A stretch of DNA of 39,181 nt from a virus (Duplodnaviria; Caudoviricetes): the IMG/VR virus record IMGVR_UViG_3300022307_000005, positions 1-39,181 of that record; one strand, given 5' to 3'. Positions 37,045 through 39,181 of this stretch are shown one piece after another (positions within the stretch are counted from its first letter, which is position 1; every line of letters begins with the position of its first letter). The position numbers and the translations under genes are program-made. Under the pieces are notes generated by a model. The model did not search any database and had not been told where the DNA came from. It worked only from the letters and a program-made list of their open reading frames with translations.

Positions 37045-37424
37045 GACAAGATAAAATCAGATATCTCATACTTTTTAATCCTTGGACTCCAGCGGAGGGC
37101 TTTGCCCCCTCTTTTAACCTTAACCTTGCGCCATCCGATAAGAACGATTTCTCCCCCACACTTCAACCACTCTAAAGCGTTCAAAGCAATTGCGGAGTTT
37201 TCGGTTATCTTTCTATCATGCTCTTTGAAATCTTGACCACAACTTTGCACCGCTACGATACCTCCTCCCCCAATTGCTAAAATATCCATGAACCCGAAAC
37301 AATCCTTTCTGAAACCGCCCCCTGGATGTTTAGGATTAGATATCCACCTTTCAACCATATCGCACTTAAAACCATCTTGCTTAAAGTAAGCTAACGTCCT
37401 TTGCGTGTGACTTTTTTTTCCCAT
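37041..37424 (-). CDS. PD-(D/E)XK-superfamily nuclease (resolvase-like)
   Basis: RKDCFGFMDILAI...VAVQ; GGAG RBS. Confidence 0.7.
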   Translation of the reverse strand: MGKKSHTQRTLAYFKQDGFKCDMVERWISNPKHPGGGFRKDCFGFMDILAIGGGGIVAVQSCGQDFKEHDRKITENSAIALNALEWLKCGGEIVLIGWRKVKVKRGGKALRWSPRIKKYEISDFILS

Positions 37425-37462
37425 TTGTTATTCTCCCAAAAAGTTGGGTCAGTGGCGTGCGT

Positions 37463-37484
37463 GGTATTATTATATAATAATACC
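37463..37484. repeat. Perfect 22-bp palindrome
   Basis: GGTATTATTAT|ATAATAATACC. Confidence 0.9.
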
Positions 37485-37595
37485 CGCGCCCTCCCCTACA
37501 TGACCGGTTGACAGTTCATGTGCATTTCAAGCTTTTTTCATAAAATAAGAGTTACATTTAAATATTTGAAAATTTTGAAAATACTTCATTTTCCA

Positions 37596-37798
37596 AAAAT
37601 TGCACCGCTGCACTATAAGTGCATTTCAAGAAATTTTCAAAAATTGAACGTATTTTTTGTGTTGCACAATGCATTTTCGGATTTTTTTGCTTTTTTATCT
37701 ATTTTACTTGTGTTATTCATTACTTAAAGCTTTCGCATTTTTTATTTCGTAAAAAAAAAATTTCTTGAAATGCACTTATGGTGCAGTGGTGCAATTTT
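37596..37798. repeat. 42-bp inverted repeat (2 mismatches) around a 119-bp AT-rich spacer; candidate replication origin
   Basis: Arms 37596-37637 and 37757-37798; multiple TGCAC/TGCATT units; downstream of primase-helicase. Confidence 0.85.
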
Positions 37799-37973
37799 CC
37801 TTATTTGTCTATAAATACCCCAATATATTCGCTTTACAGTTTTCCCCCGCTCTCCCCGATTTACCCGACTTAACCAGTTCAAAAACCCAATTACGTTTAA
37901 CAGTGTGTTTTTTAAACGACTTTCTGCTAACTTTCTCGTTAACAATTCGTTTTTACCCATGCAAAAACTCCTT

Positions 37974-38219
37974 CTATCTCTCCGCATTAAAAAACAAAGT
38001 CTCACCAATAACAGCGACCTCCCCGCCCGCTATCAACCTCCGCACCGCTTTCGAAAAGTTAGCTTTCCTCTTATAAATCCCCGTCGCTTTACACATACCG
38101 TAAAGACCGCTCTCAGTTAAGCCATTGGGCTCAAAACTCAGCAGTTCGAGCAGTTGTTTTTCTTCAACGACCGTTCTTACTTTCTTTTTTGGATCTATTT
38201 CTTCAACCAGATCCAGCAC
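37974..38219 (-). CDS. Winged-helix-like segment, probably the frameshifted C-terminus of the primase-helicase
   Basis: NNSLVLDLVEE in the -1 frame; GLTESGL...FSKAVRRLIAGGEV wHTH pattern. Confidence 0.6.
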   Translation of the reverse strand: MLDLVEEIDPKKKVRTVVEEKQLLELLSFEPNGLTESGLYGMCKATGIYKRKANFSKAVRRLIAGGEVAVIGETLFFNAER

Positions 38220-39181
38220 CAGACTATTATTCCCGCGCCGCCGGGTAAAGGCACTATAACACTGCTGAACAGCATTGATTTTGCTCGTTCGGCGTCCTTT
38301 TGCTTCGTGTTTGTTACCATCATTTTTCCATCTTCCATTCTACTGACCGAGAAAAGGCAGTCCGCAGCGCCAGTGAGTACGGAGGAGCCTCTCATACGTT
38401 CTTTTGATCCGTGGCCAGTGTGATGGACAAAACCTCTGCTGAAATAATTCCCGAAAATTGAATCGATGTTGGAAATGAGGTTTGCCATGTCTTTTGTTGA
38501 ATTCTCGTCACCGGCCATATTTCTGGAAAGGGTGTCTATTAATACCAGTTGGGGGTGGCCGTAGGTTTTTGAGAGGGCTTCAATGGATTTTGCTATATTA
38601 TAGACATTCTTTTTATCATCTAATTGGGTTGGGGTGGTAGAGACGAAGAAAGGGAGGGAGTTTGCCTTTTGGTTGTTGTGTTGGAGCCAGGCGGATATAC
38701 GTCTACTGATGCCGAATTTTCCTTCCCCGCAGATGTAAAAAACGCTTCCTTGTTTGACGGAATGGCCATACCATGGGATGCCGGCTGCGATACTGAGGCC
38801 TCTGGAAATTTCTAAAAATGATTTGTAGGTTTCCGGATCTCCGAAGGTGGCATAAAACGATTTAGTGGGGAGAATATCTTTTATTTGCCATTCGATAGGT
38901 TTTATATTATTTACGATGTCATTTACATGGATAAATTGGTTATTGCCGCCAGCTTTTTCGTTCCGTTCTATCGGGGCGAACATTGCGTCCGGTGTGGCGT
39001 TTCCTAACGTATCCCGTGCGTAGGTGTAGGCATTTTTTATTTTGTTTTGGAGTTCTGTGGGTGTCCAGGGAGGGAAGGCCTTTTCGTCGTTCCAGCCGAG
39101 CATGAGCTCTAATGTTTTATTTTGGGAGAGGCCAAAATCCCTGAGACGACAGGCTATAGCGTAGGTGGTTTGATCCCCCCC
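38195..39181 (-). CDS. Primase-helicase (PriCT-like plus RepA/AAA_25 SF4 helicase), 5' truncated
   Basis: Frame open to window end (GGDQTTYAIACRLRDFGL); WN..PPW..ELQNKIKNA; Walker A variant GDPETYKS, YICGEG, LIDTL, HHTG, RGSS. Confidence 0.9.
   Translation of the reverse strand, partial: GGDQTTYAIACRLRDFGLSQNKTLELMLGWNDEKAFPPWTPTELQNKIKNAYTYARDTLGNATPDAMFAPIERNEKAGGNNQFIHVNDIVNNIKPIEWQIKDILPTKSFYATFGDPETYKSFLEISRGLSIAAGIPWYGHSVKQGSVFYICGEGKFGISRRISAWLQHNNQKANSLPFFVSTTPTQLDDKKNVYNIAKSIEALSKTYGHPQLVLIDTLSRNMAGDENSTKDMANLISNIDSIFGNYFSRGFVHHTGHGSKERMRGSSVLTGAADCLFSVSRMEDGKMMVTNTKQKDAERAKSMLFSSVIVPLPGGAGIIVWCWIWLKK

Larger units (their letters stand above)
1..39181. mobile_element. Tailed bacteriophage (podovirus-like, APSE/P22-type gene order), partial genome
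   Basis: Terminase, portal, capsid, adaptor/nozzle and ejection-type genes, no tape-measure or sheath gene; DUF2800-DUF2815-PolA module; no host housekeeping genes. Confidence 0.95.

Noticed and set aside
37609-37623. TGCAC-N5-GTGCA as an NtrC site
   Set aside because: NtrC sites are TGCAC-N7-GTGCA and no sigma54 box is nearby
37518-38120. ORF-track ORFs over the inverted repeat (e.g. KIAPLHYKCISRNF and KIAPLHHKCISRNF)
   Set aside because: The shared peptide is a by-product of the DNA inverted repeat; no RBS and low complexity

Overview
The whole window is bacteriophage DNA: most of a podovirus-like (P22/APSE-type organisation) genome, probably temperate, cut at both ends inside genes. The + strand at 1-5834 carries a replication module: a partial LRR protein, DUF2800 exonuclease, DUF2815 SSB, family-A DNA polymerase and a MazG-like/Nmad1 protein. 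The - strand at 32521->5831 is one long late operon: probable TerS, a five-gene cassette of fibre/spike-like proteins with N-terminal export signals, holin-like genes, TerL, portal, scaffold, capsid, adaptor, nozzle, GNAT and ejection proteins. Next come a short tyrosine recombinase (32772-33383) and a structured non-coding control region (33860-34656). That region has a consensus leftward sigma70 promoter and, rightward, a full sigma54 architecture (two pairs of palindromic sites, AT tract, perfect IHF site, -24/-12 box) in front of small genes and a radical SAM enzyme. The window ends with a nuclease, an origin-like inverted-repeat region and a frameshifted primase-helicase. The two strongest candidates for an undescribed system are (1) the cassette of exported tail-fibre-like proteins between TerS and TerL and (2) the host-enhancer-dependent sigma54 switch. 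All product calls come from motif recognition by eye; no searches were run.
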